Assembly (NCBI GenBank): GCA_965116785.1
Contig: OZ220731.1
Location: forward strand, 1,242,977 to 1,306,976
DNA length: 64,000 nt
Origin: Dehalococcoidia bacterium
GTDB taxonomy: Bacteria; Chloroflexota; Dehalococcoidia; Lucifugimonadales; UBA3495
Reading direction: 5' to 3'
Part shown: positions 19,346 to 28,335 of the stretch, piece after piece
Layout of the letters: every line of letters starts with the position of its first letter
Position numbering within the stretch: position 1 is the stretch's first letter
Made by a program: the position numbers and the translations under genes
Notes under the pieces: model-generated
The model's input: the letters and a program-made list of their open reading frames with translations, nothing else
Databases searched by the model: none
What the model was told of the DNA's origin: nothing

Positions 19346-19794
19346 TGGCATCCGACCTGAGCGATCTCTACCAGGAGATTCTTCTCGAACACAACCGCCG
19401 GCCCCGCAATTTCCGTACCCTCGAGGACGCAACGCACCATGCGGACGGGTTCAATCCGCTGTGTGGCGACGAAATCTCCCTGCAACTCCGCATAGATGAG
19501 GAGACCGTTGGGGACGTGGGCTTCCAGGGGCACGGGTGCGCCATCAGTCGGGCTTCCGCTTCCCTCCTGACGCAAGCGGTGAAGGGAGGTTCAACCGCGG
19601 ATGCCATGACCATGTTCGATGAATTTCATCGCATGCTCACGGAACCTGACGCCGAGCTCGACTACGATCTGCTGGGCGACTTGGAAATGCTCGGCGGCGT
19701 TATCGCGTATCCCACGCGCATCAAGTGCGCCATCCTGGCCTGGCACACGCTGAAAGCGGCGATGGACGGCGAGGGCGTCGCCACCACCGAGTAG
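19345..19794 (+). CDS. sufU: SufU/IscU-like sulfur acceptor
   Basis: LYQEILLEHNRRPRN, NPLCGD, GHGCAIS and RIKCAILAW. The ATG overlaps the sufS stop. Confidence 0.9.
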   Translation: MASDLSDLYQEILLEHNRRPRNFRTLEDATHHADGFNPLCGDEISLQLRIDEETVGDVGFQGHGCAISRASASLLTQAVKGGSTADAMTMFDEFHRMLTEPDAELDYDLLGDLEMLGGVIAYPTRIKCAILAWHTLKAAMDGEGVATTE

Positions 19795-19816
19795 ACGGAC
19801 CCACTCGCGGGCCCCG

Positions 19817-20302
19817 ATGGCTTCCCTGCCCGACAACCCTGACGCGCTGTATGGCGACGTCATCATGGACCATTACCGCAGCCCGCGGCATCGCGCGCCT
19901 CTGCCCAACGCCGACGTCGAAGCCGAGGAGTTCAACCCATTCTGCGGAGACCGGGCTACGCTCCAGTTGCGTCTCAATCCGTCGCACGGACACCCAGCGT
20001 CGATCCAGGACGTGAGTGCCGTGGCCGAAGGGTGCAGCATCATCCAGGCTTCGGCCTCGCTGCTGGCCGCCAACGTGCAGGGCAGGACAGTGGAACAGGC
20101 AGCCGACCTGTCCCAACTGTTCCGGGACTTGATGCAAGGCAAACCCCTGCCCTCGGTGGCGCTGTCCGAACTCGGCGAACTGGAAGCCCTGGAGGTGGTC
20201 CGCCAATACCCAGTGCGCATCAAGTGCGCGCTGCTTCCGTGGGTGGCTTTAGAGGTGGGGCTGCGCCGGCTGCTGAGCCAGCAGGCCGACGCCGGCGGCT
20301 AG
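19817..20302 (+). CDS. Second, divergent SufU-like paralog
   Basis: LYGDVIMDHYRSPRH, NPFCGD, AEGCSIIQASAS and RIKCALLPW. All three Cys ligands and the Asp of CGD are retained. Confidence 0.8.
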   Translation: MASLPDNPDALYGDVIMDHYRSPRHRAPLPNADVEAEEFNPFCGDRATLQLRLNPSHGHPASIQDVSAVAEGCSIIQASASLLAANVQGRTVEQAADLSQLFRDLMQGKPLPSVALSELGELEALEVVRQYPVRIKCALLPWVALEVGLRRLLSQQADAGG

Positions 20303-21267
20303 TTGCCCGAGGGCGGACGCGTAGCCCGCGTCTCGGACAGTTCGGCCAGGAGTCGGTAGCCGTACCTGGGCAGCTCGGGCGGCGGCTCCGACTGGCCCGC
20401 GAACAGGTCATACTTTTCGACCCGGAGACGGTATTGGTAGCCGTGGCGGCGGGCGAACTCCTCAATGACGCCATAGTAAGGCTGGCCGTTCACGACGATG
20501 CAGGCGGCCGTGATGGGTGCGCCTTCGTAACAGTCTACTCGCCCAGGACCGACCGAGATTTCCTCGACCGTGCTCTCGGCGGGAGTCCGGTCAATCACTT
20601 CCACCATACGGCGGGTTCCATCGTCATAGCTTTCCAGTCTGATGTGGTAGTCGAACCCAGGTCGATGGTCAAAGCCGTCGATGGAGTTCCGGATGGGCTG
20701 CCCATCGACCAATAGGCATCGCTCGTCGGTCTTGGGGCACTGCACCCGCGCCGGCGCTACGTGAACGTCGCGCACGGCACCGGACACCCGGGTTTTCGAG
20801 ATGACCTCCAGCAGGCGATAGTTGTATCGACCGGCGTCCTGGGGCAGTTCCTTCTGCCCGGGAAACGCATCGTATCGTTCAATGCGCAGCTGGTATTCGT
20901 TCCCCGGTTTGTGGTTGAACCCCTCGATCTCGTCGTAGAAAAAACTGCCGTCAACAATGAGGCACATCCGGCGGAATGGCCCGTAGCACTCGCGGCGGGC
21001 CGGTCCGACGGTGATCTCCAGAATCCGGGACGACGCGCTAGTCAATCCATAAGTGGCCGTAGGGTCAATAGCCTGGGGATTGGCGACCGTGGGCTCGGCC
21101 GCGCCTGGCTCGATGGCAGTAGGTCCGACAGCCCCAAGGCTGTTCGCCCTGTAATCCAGACCGGTTGCCGGGGACTGCTCTGCGCAGCCGGCGAAGACCA
21201 CGCCAAGCGCCATCAGGATCGCGATGGCAGCGCCGACGAAAACAGCGTGGCGACGGCCAGCCGGCAT
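20299..21267 (-). CDS. Lipoprotein with three tandem DUF4377-like repeats
   Basis: Signal peptide plus lipobox (LGVVFAGC). There are three ~75-aa repeats of the pattern V.P.R..C......C L.V.G......I.GF.H.PG..Y.L.... Confidence 0.75.
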   Translation of the reverse strand: MPAGRRHAVFVGAAIAILMALGVVFAGCAEQSPATGLDYRANSLGAVGPTAIEPGAAEPTVANPQAIDPTATYGLTSASSRILEITVGPARRECYGPFRRMCLIVDGSFFYDEIEGFNHKPGNEYQLRIERYDAFPGQKELPQDAGRYNYRLLEVISKTRVSGAVRDVHVAPARVQCPKTDERCLLVDGQPIRNSIDGFDHRPGFDYHIRLESYDDGTRRMVEVIDRTPAESTVEEISVGPGRVDCYEGAPITAACIVVNGQPYYGVIEEFARRHGYQYRLRVEKYDLFAGQSEPPPELPRYGYRLLAELSETRATRPPSGN

Positions 21268-21767
21268 TATTTGCCCTGCAAACCCCTGAGATACGAGATG
21301 TGCCCGACGTGCTGGTACATCTCGCCGATAATCTGGCGGAACATCGCTCCCAGCGACATCTCGGGCCGGCGCTCGCGCGGGACTCGTTCCATGTCTTCGG
21401 GAGTCAGCGTGTACAGGTAAGTTAGCGTGGCCTGTCTCACTGCCGCGCGGTACTGGAGAAATTCACCCAAATCCACGGCCGGGAAGTTGTTCACCTGCTC
21501 GGCGGTGTGCCCGAAGCCATTGTCTCGCGTTGGCAGGCCGAACTTCTCGTGCCAGCCCTCGGTTTCCCAAAGCTCGGTTTGGAACTGGGCAAAGAACTGG
21601 ATCCACATGTCCTCCACACGGACCATGTGCCAGAGGATCCAACTGATTGAATTTGCGTCGGCAGCCGGTTGCCAGGCAAGCTCGTCAGGACCCAAACTAT
21701 CCAGGGCGTCCATCAGAAACCCGTTTTCCTTGTCGAGCGCGTCAACGATGAATTCGTTGAGAGTCAT
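21267..21767 (-). CDS. DinB-family protein
   Basis: WQPAADANSISWILWHMVRVED ... MYQHVGHISYLRG. GGGAGG ribosome-binding site. Its stop overlaps the lipoprotein start (TAATG). Confidence 0.8.
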   Translation of the reverse strand: MTLNEFIVDALDKENGFLMDALDSLGPDELAWQPAADANSISWILWHMVRVEDMWIQFFAQFQTELWETEGWHEKFGLPTRDNGFGHTAEQVNNFPAVDLGEFLQYRAAVRQATLTYLYTLTPEDMERVPRERRPEMSLGAMFRQIIGEMYQHVGHISYLRGLQGK

Positions 21768-21786
21768 TGGATGACCTCCCGGTGTG

Positions 21787-22302
21787 TCAGGCTGGCGGGG
21801 GGGCGGGCGCGGGCGTGCGGGCTCCCATCTCACGGTCCAGCAGCAGCAGCGCGTCGCTACGGCCGGCCACTTTGTCCAGGGAGGCGATAACGTCGCGGGC
21901 CGCTTTTTCCTCTTCGACCTGCTCGTTCACGAACCATTGCAGCATCACCTGACTGGCGAAATCGCCGCAGTCGGCAGCAACCGCGTAAAGTTGGTTGATC
22001 AAACGCGAAACGTGCTGCTCGTGTTCCAGGGTTTGACGCATCACGTCGTCCACCGAGGCGAACTCAATCGGCGGCTTCTCGATGGGTAGCAGGGTGACCC
22101 GGCCGTCCCGGTCCTCCACGTAGGTCAGGAATCGCATGGCGTGGTCGTACTCTTCCTGGCTCTGGATGCGCATCCAGTGAGCGAAACCGGGCAGGTCGAC
22201 GGAATCGCAATACGTCGACATGGACAGGTAGAGGTACGAAGAGTAGAACTCGGCGTTGATGTGGTGGTTGAACGCCTCCTGCAAGGCGGTGCTGACGGCC
22301 AT
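21787..22302 (-). CDS. Ferritin
   Basis: FNHHINAEFYSSYLYLSMSTYC...FAHWMRIQSQEEYDHAMRF...HEQHVS...QWFVNEQVEEE. Confidence 0.88.
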   Translation of the reverse strand: MAVSTALQEAFNHHINAEFYSSYLYLSMSTYCDSVDLPGFAHWMRIQSQEEYDHAMRFLTYVEDRDGRVTLLPIEKPPIEFASVDDVMRQTLEHEQHVSRLINQLYAVAADCGDFASQVMLQWFVNEQVEEEKAARDVIASLDKVAGRSDALLLLDREMGARTPAPAPPPA

Positions 22303-22359
22303 GTTGGTACTCCGTGCGTGAATTTATCGGGCGATGATGGCCCGGCTGTTGCTAGGCGA

Positions 22360-23154
22360 TCAGTCGTGGAGGAACCCCAGGACGGTGTCGAAGAACGCAT
22401 CGGGTCGTTCCAGCTGGGGTATGTGGCCGCACTGCGGAATGACGGTCAACGTCGCGTTCGGCAACAGGTCGCGGAATGCCTCCCCGTACTCCGGCGGAAT
22501 GACCTGGTCGGAATCTCCCCAGACGATCAGGGTGGGCATCACAATGCGATGCGCGCGCTTGGTCAAGCCTCGTTCCGGAATTGGCCAGGTGAACTTGGCG
22601 ACTGATTGCAGGGTCTGGATACGGTCCAGCGTGTGCTCCAGCCGGGCCTCGGGTTCGGTGGGTTGCGCGACGTACGCGTGGGCCAGTTCGCCTTCCGGAT
22701 CGTGCCACAGCATCTCGCGCCGCTCGTCGGGCGTCAGGATGAAAAAGTCCGCCACCGGCTTGTCCTCCAGCCACAGCCCCAACGAGTTCACCAGCACCAG
22801 CCGGGATATGCGGTCCGGACGATGGGCCGCCAGTTCCGCGGCGCAGAAACCTCCGTACGAATGCCCGATCAGGTGGCATTGCTCAACACCGATGGCGTCG
22901 AGAAATTCTTCAAAAAACTGCACCAGGTCCCAGAGATCGTCGAGGTGGTTGAGACCGGTGGACTGCGCAACGCCGGGATGGGCTGGCGCGTACACGTGGT
23001 AGTCCTCCGCCAGCCGATCCAGGAAGTCCGGCCATCCGACGTACCCACCCGCTCCGTGCAAGTAGATCAGCGCGTCGCCTGAACCCCCTTCCGCGACCTG
23101 GACATTGAACATTCCGCCACGGACGGACACCATACGCTCCGTGTGAGCAACCAT
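22360..23154 (-). CDS. Alpha/beta hydrolase
   Basis: HGAGG, nucleophile elbow GHSYGG, and C-terminal DQVIP and CGHIPQLE. Confidence 0.85.
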   Translation of the reverse strand: MVAHTERMVSVRGGMFNVQVAEGGSGDALIYLHGAGGYVGWPDFLDRLAEDYHVYAPAHPGVAQSTGLNHLDDLWDLVQFFEEFLDAIGVEQCHLIGHSYGGFCAAELAAHRPDRISRLVLVNSLGLWLEDKPVADFFILTPDERREMLWHDPEGELAHAYVAQPTEPEARLEHTLDRIQTLQSVAKFTWPIPERGLTKRAHRIVMPTLIVWGDSDQVIPPEYGEAFRDLLPNATLTVIPQCGHIPQLERPDAFFDTVLGFLHD

Positions 23155-23389
23155 GGGTGAAACACCTCATCCACTTTCTAGACTTTGTGGGCTTTCGGAG
23201 ATCGGGGGCCGCGCCGACTGCAACCGTCGGTTCGGCAAACTGTCCCGGACCCCGACTTCGTGATGGTAATACGATACCATAACCGTGCGTTGCGCCTGCC
23301 CGTCAACCACTGCACATGCCCGCCGCATCAAGTGCGTGGCCAGTTGCGCGTTGACGCCCATCGATACTTGCGGCAAAATAATTCGCGCC

Positions 23390-24553
23390 ATGAAGCTCCA
23401 CGAGTATCAAGCCAAGGCAATATTCGCCCGCTACGGCATTGCAGTACCCGATGGTAGTCTGGCGCATACCGCCGAGGAAGCCGCCGCCGCGACCGCAGCG
23501 TTCGGTGGCCGTGCCGCCGTCAAGGCCCAGGTTCATGCCGGAGGGCGCGGCCTGGCCGGCGGGGTCAAGGTGGTAAACAGCCCCGACGAAGCCAACGGCT
23601 TCGCCACCGGTTTGTTGGGCTCCCGCCTCGTCACCAACCAGACTGATGCCATCGGAGTGCTGGTGGAATCCGTGCTGGTTGAGGAGTTGGCCGACATCCG
23701 CAGCGAGATGTACGTGGCGATGACCATGGACCGAGACCATCGCGGGCCGGTGCTGATCGCCAGCGCCGGTGGCGGAACCTCCATCGAGCAGTTGGTTGCC
23801 GAAAACCCGGACGCCATTATCACCGAAGCTGTGGACCCTGTCCTCGGACTCATGCCCTACCAGTGCCGCCGGGCGGCGACTCGCCTCGGACTGACTGGCG
23901 CGGCCTTGCGCGACGCGGCCGGCGTGCTGTCGTCGCTGTACCGTATCTTCGTCGAAAATGATTGTTCGCTGGTCGAAGTGAATCCGCTGATAGCGACCGG
24001 GGACGGCGCCATCGTGGCTCTGGACGCCAAGATGGATGTCGAGGACGACGCGCTGTTCCGCCACGCAGATCTGCAGCAGTTGCGCGACCGCAACCAGGAA
24101 GACCCCCTCGAAGCCGAAGCCGCGGACGACGATATCGCGTACGTGAGCCTGGACGGCTCCGTGGGCTGCCTCGTCAATGGGGCCGGCCTGGCCATGGCGA
24201 CTTTGGACGTGGCCAACGCCGCCGGAGCGCCGCCCGCCAACTTCCTGGACGTCGGGGGTGGAGCCACCGATGAAAAGGTGGCGAAGGCGGTGGGTATCAT
24301 CCTCTCCGACCCCAAGGTGGATCGCGTGCTGGTCAACGTGTTCGGCGGCATCCTGCGCTGCGACGTCGCAGCCCGCGGCATCACCATGGCCTACGCGGAA
24401 CACCAGGCCAGGCAACCGCTGGTTGTACGCATGCTGGGCACCAATCTGGAAGAAGGGAAATCGATTCTCGCCGCATCCGGCCTCAACGTGACTTTTGCGG
24501 ATACTTTGACGGAAGTAACGGCGGCGCTGTCCAGCCTGCAGGCGAGCGCATAG
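23390..24553 (+). CDS. sucC: Succinate--CoA ligase beta subunit
   Basis: [46 protein letters not shown] and NFLDVGGGA. Confidence 0.93.
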   Translation: MKLHEYQAKAIFARYGIAVPDGSLAHTAEEAAAATAAFGGRAAVKAQVHAGGRGLAGGVKVVNSPDEANGFATGLLGSRLVTNQTDAIGVLVESVLVEELADIRSEMYVAMTMDRDHRGPVLIASAGGGTSIEQLVAENPDAIITEAVDPVLGLMPYQCRRAATRLGLTGAALRDAAGVLSSLYRIFVENDCSLVEVNPLIATGDGAIVALDAKMDVEDDALFRHADLQQLRDRNQEDPLEAEAADDDIAYVSLDGSVGCLVNGAGLAMATLDVANAAGAPPANFLDVGGGATDEKVAKAVGIILSDPKVDRVLVNVFGGILRCDVAARGITMAYAEHQARQPLVVRMLGTNLEEGKSILAASGLNVTFADTLTEVTAALSSLQASA

Positions 24554-24557
24554 GCTC

Positions 24558-25454
24558 ATGGGAATTCTCCTCGACGAACAGTCACGGGTGTTGGTGCAGG
24601 GCATCACGGGTCGCGAGGGCAGTTTTCACGCCAGGGCCTGCCGGGAATATGGGACGCAGCTCGTTGCCGGCGTGACCCCCGGCAGAGGTGGCCAGCTCTT
24701 CGACGACGCGGTTCCCGTCTTCGACTCCGTGGACGAAGCGGTCGCCGCCACCCAAGCCAACGTGTCCCTGATCTTCGTGCCCCCGCCGTTCGCTGCGGAT
24801 GCCATCGCCGAATCGGTCGACGCGGGCATCCCGCTCATCGCCTGCATCACCGAGGGGATCCCGGTGCACGACATGGTCGGCCTTTACCGGTACGTTCAGG
24901 CCAACCCGGTCCGGCTGATTGGGCCCAATTGCCCGGGAATGATCAACCCGGAGGCCCGTTGCAAAGTGGGCATCATGCCCGGCAACATCCACATGCCCGG
25001 CCGGGTGGGCGTCGTCTCCCGCAGCGGCACGCTGACTTACGAAGCCGTCGGCCAGCTTACCGGTCAGAAAATCGGCCAGTCGTCCTGCGTCGGCATCGGC
25101 GGCGACCCGATAATTGGCAGCAGTTTCGTCGACATCCTCCGTCTCTACAACGATGACCCCGACACCGACCTCGTGGTGTTCATCGGCGAGATTGGAGGCA
25201 ACATGGAGCAGGAAGCGGCCGAATTCATCGGGTCGTCCGAGTTCACCAAACCGGTCTGCTCATTGATCGTGGGCGCTACCGCGCCGTCAGGCAAGCGCAT
25301 GGGGCACGCCGGAGCGATCATCACCGGCGAATCCGCCACCGCGGAGTCGAAAATCCGCGCGCTGGAACGGGCCGGCGCCCGTGTCATCCCCACGCCAGCG
25401 GACATCGGCGACACGGTGGCGACGGCTCTCGTGGAGATCGGTCTCCGAGCCTAA
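24558..25454 (+). CDS. sucD: Succinate--CoA ligase alpha subunit
   Basis: [34 protein letters not shown] and MGHAGAII. Confidence 0.93.
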   Translation: MGILLDEQSRVLVQGITGREGSFHARACREYGTQLVAGVTPGRGGQLFDDAVPVFDSVDEAVAATQANVSLIFVPPPFAADAIAESVDAGIPLIACITEGIPVHDMVGLYRYVQANPVRLIGPNCPGMINPEARCKVGIMPGNIHMPGRVGVVSRSGTLTYEAVGQLTGQKIGQSSCVGIGGDPIIGSSFVDILRLYNDDPDTDLVVFIGEIGGNMEQEAAEFIGSSEFTKPVCSLIVGATAPSGKRMGHAGAIITGESATAESKIRALERAGARVIPTPADIGDTVATALVEIGLRA

Positions 25455-25585
25455 GCTCTCGCGCCTATGCCGGCACCGTAGGCAACCACCTCTGATGCGA
25501 TTCGGTGCCGCTGTGTGCTTGCGTTTAGGGCCCTCAATCCGGCTGTCAATGGAGCAAAACGGCGATTTCAATACATCACGTGCGC

Positions 25586-25614
25586 TTGACGCTCGGAAAC
25601 TCGGCGTGTAGGAT
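25586..25614 (+). promoter_or_regulatory. Candidate sigma-70 promoter about 200 nt upstream of pyrG
   Basis: TTGACG (25586-25591), 17 nt, TAGGAT (25609-25614), in a locally AT-richer stretch. Confidence 0.5.
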
Positions 25615-25822
25615 ACTTCTGCCAAAGGTATCATTTCTTATCCATTACTGACGTCCCGATGCGGACTGACTTTGGCAAGCCGGCAACTGATTTGCGATAA
25701 ATGCCGGCGCCGTTCCCGAACAGACCGGACCGTACGGGCTCCGACAAGGGGACCAGGATTGTCCGACAGGACCCGCAAAGTGATCCTGAAAAAAGTGTGC
25801 CGTGGGGTCGGCAGTAACCCGT

Positions 25823-27478
25823 ATGCCCACTAAGTACATCTTCGTGACCGGGGGAGTGGTCAGCTCCATCGGCAAAGGTATATGCGTCGCTTCGATCGGA
25901 CGCATCTTGAAGAGCCAGGGGCTCTCGGTAACCGCAATCAAACTCGACCCTTACCTGAACGTCGATCCCGGAACCATGTCCCCATACCAGCATGGGGAGG
26001 TATTCGTAACCAAAGACGGCGGCGAAACCGATCTGGACCTCGGACACTACGAGAGGTTCATCGACGTCGAACTCACTCGAGACAGTAACGTAACCGCCGG
26101 GCAGACTTATCTCGAGCTCATCACCCGCGAACGGCGCGGAGACTTCCTGGGAGGCACCATCCAGACTGTTCCCCACCTTACCAACGAGATCAAGGACCGG
26201 CTCATCAGTCTCGCGGACAAATCCAACGCGGACGTGGTTGTCGTGGAGGTAGGCGGCACCGTGGGAGACATCGAGGGACTTCCCTTCCTCGAAGCCATAC
26301 GGCAGATGCGGAACACTGTCGGGCGGAACCACGTCTTCTACATGCACCTGACCCTGCTCCCCTACATCTCGGCATCCGAAGAATTGAAAACCAAACCAAC
26401 TCAGCACAGCGTAAAAGAGTTGCGGAGCATAGGAATCCAGCCCGACGCCCTGGTGTGCCGTTCTGATGCCGACGTCACGCCCGGCATTCGGGAGAAACTG
26501 TCCCTGTTCTGCGATGTAGCCACCGAGGCCGTGTTCCCCATGCCCACGGTGAATAACGTGTACGAGGTGCCGCTGGTGATGGACCACTTTGGCGTGGGAC
26601 GCTGCCTTTCGGAATCCCTGGGGCTGAACGGGAAAACCCATTTGGACGAGTGGAGTGACCTTGTTGACCAAATGAACGGCGTCACCGGCGAAGTTCCCAT
26701 CGCCGTCGTGGGCAAATACGTGGAGTACCCCGACTCCTACATGTCTGTACGCGAAGCGTTGCGACACGCCGCGGCGTCCTGTGGACTGCGGGCAGACGTA
26801 CGGTGGGTCCATTCCGAAGCCATCGAGCGCGACGGCCCGGACGCCCACCTCAGTGAAGTTTCCGGAATCGTGGTGCCGGGCGGGTTTGGCCCACGGGGAG
26901 TCGAGGGGATGATCGATACCAGCCGTTACGCCAGAAACAAGCACGTGCCCTATCTGGGTTTGTGTCTGGGCATGCAGGTCATGGTAATCGACTGGGCCCG
27001 CGACGTCACCGGATTGAAGCACGCCAACTCGTCGGAGCTCGACCCCAACTGCGAGCATCCGGTGATCGACATAATGCACGGCCAGCGGGGCATCACCGAC
27101 CTGGGCGGCACCATGCGGCTGGGCCATTACCCCTGCCAGCCTCAAAGCAACACTCGCACGGCCGACGCCTATGCCCACAACGAAATTAAAGAACGCCACC
27201 GGCACCGATATGAGGTGAACAACACCTACCGGGAATGTCTCGAAACATCGGGAATGGTCATGAGCGGGTTGTCTCCCGACGGCGAGTTGGTCGAAGCCAC
27301 CGAAGTGCCGGATCATCCTTTCATGGTGGGTGTGCAGTTCCACCCCGAATTCCAGTCTCGCCCCAACCGCCCTCATCCGCTGTTCAGTGCGCTCGTCGAA
27401 CAGGCGCAGCAAACGGTTCGAGAAGGTCGACAATTGCCTTTCCGGCGGGCCGGCGGGTGGTCATTTTCTTCGGACTAG
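25823..27478 (+). CDS. pyrG: CTP synthase
   Basis: KYIFVTGGVVSSIGKGI, KLDPYLNVDPGTMSP.QHGEVFVT.DG.ETDLDLGHYERF, GLCLGMQ and HRHRYEVN. Confidence 0.95.
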   Translation: MPTKYIFVTGGVVSSIGKGICVASIGRILKSQGLSVTAIKLDPYLNVDPGTMSPYQHGEVFVTKDGGETDLDLGHYERFIDVELTRDSNVTAGQTYLELITRERRGDFLGGTIQTVPHLTNEIKDRLISLADKSNADVVVVEVGGTVGDIEGLPFLEAIRQMRNTVGRNHVFYMHLTLLPYISASEELKTKPTQHSVKELRSIGIQPDALVCRSDADVTPGIREKLSLFCDVATEAVFPMPTVNNVYEVPLVMDHFGVGRCLSESLGLNGKTHLDEWSDLVDQMNGVTGEVPIAVVGKYVEYPDSYMSVREALRHAAASCGLRADVRWVHSEAIERDGPDAHLSEVSGIVVPGGFGPRGVEGMIDTSRYARNKHVPYLGLCLGMQVMVIDWARDVTGLKHANSSELDPNCEHPVIDIMHGQRGITDLGGTMRLGHYPCQPQSNTRTADAYAHNEIKERHRHRYEVNNTYRECLETSGMVMSGLSPDGELVEATEVPDHPFMVGVQFHPEFQSRPNRPHPLFSALVEQAQQTVREGRQLPFRRAGGWSFSSD

Positions 27479-27671
27479 CTGTCCTGGCGGATCTTAGGCT
27501 CGCAAGTCCACATCTCAATCCACGCTCCGGCGGGAGCCGGTTCCCCAATCGCTAACTCTTGAATACGGCGCGGCGCCGTGCGCTCCCGCGAGCAATGGTC
27601 GCTAACCTCAATGGCGCGTCGCTATGACATCGGCAAAAGCACTTTCTCCCGGGCTCGAGGAGGATGGATCA

Positions 27672-28331
27672 ATGAAACTGTTTTTGGATACTGCCAACAT
27701 TGACGAGATCCGCATGGGCGCGGAGTTGGGCGTCGTTTCCGGGGTCACCACCAACCCATCCCTGGCCGCAAAGGAGGGGATCGGCGGAGCTGCCGGATAC
27801 CGGGCGGCGGTCCAGGAGATCGCCGATATCATCGACGGGCCCATCTCCGTTGAGGTCGTGAGCACGGACGCCCCGGGCATGATCGCCGAGGGCCGCGACA
27901 TAGCCGAGTGGATTCCCAACCCCTGGGTCAAAATCCCCAGCACCGAGGAAGGTTTCAAAGCCATCAGCGTGCTGGCCAGGGATGGAATACAGGTCAATCA
28001 AACGCTGGTTTTCACCGTCAACCAGGCGCTCCTTGGAGCCAATGCCGGCAGCACCGTGGTGAGCCCTTTCGTTGGCCGGCTTGACGATATCGGCCAGGAC
28101 GGCATGGAACTGGTCCAGGACATCGTGGCCGTGTACCGCCAGCAGTCCGTGGAGACCAAGGTGATGGCCGCAAGCATCCGAGGCGCCCGACATTGCGTGA
28201 CCGCCGCGGCCGCTGGCGCCGACATCGCCACCATACCCTACAACGTGTTGACGCAAATGATAAAGCACCCCCTAACCGACGCCGGTCTGTCGCGATTCCT
28301 ACAGGACTGGCAGCAAGCTTCCGGAGGCTGA
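27672..28331 (+). CDS. tal: Transaldolase (short Fsa/TalC type)
   Basis: MKLFLDTANIDEI, GVTTNPSL, VKIP, NQTLVFT and SPFVGRLDD. Confidence 0.9.
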   Translation: MKLFLDTANIDEIRMGAELGVVSGVTTNPSLAAKEGIGGAAGYRAAVQEIADIIDGPISVEVVSTDAPGMIAEGRDIAEWIPNPWVKIPSTEEGFKAISVLARDGIQVNQTLVFTVNQALLGANAGSTVVSPFVGRLDDIGQDGMELVQDIVAVYRQQSVETKVMAASIRGARHCVTAAAAGADIATIPYNVLTQMIKHPLTDAGLSRFLQDWQQASGG

Positions 28332-28335
28332 CAAG

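Noticed and set aside
25455-25822. Possible SRP RNA, 6S RNA or RNase P RNA in the sucD-pyrG gap
   Set aside because: I could not find the conserved SRP domain IV motif (GGAA/AGCAGC context) or the RNase P GAGGAAAGUCC box. I kept it only as a candidate pyrG leader.
25631-27433. 600-aa ORF on the minus strand
   Set aside because: It is entirely antisense to the unambiguous pyrG CDS. Its translation is low-complexity and rich in Gly, Val, Arg and His with no motifs. This is a typical stop-poor shadow frame in high-GC DNA.
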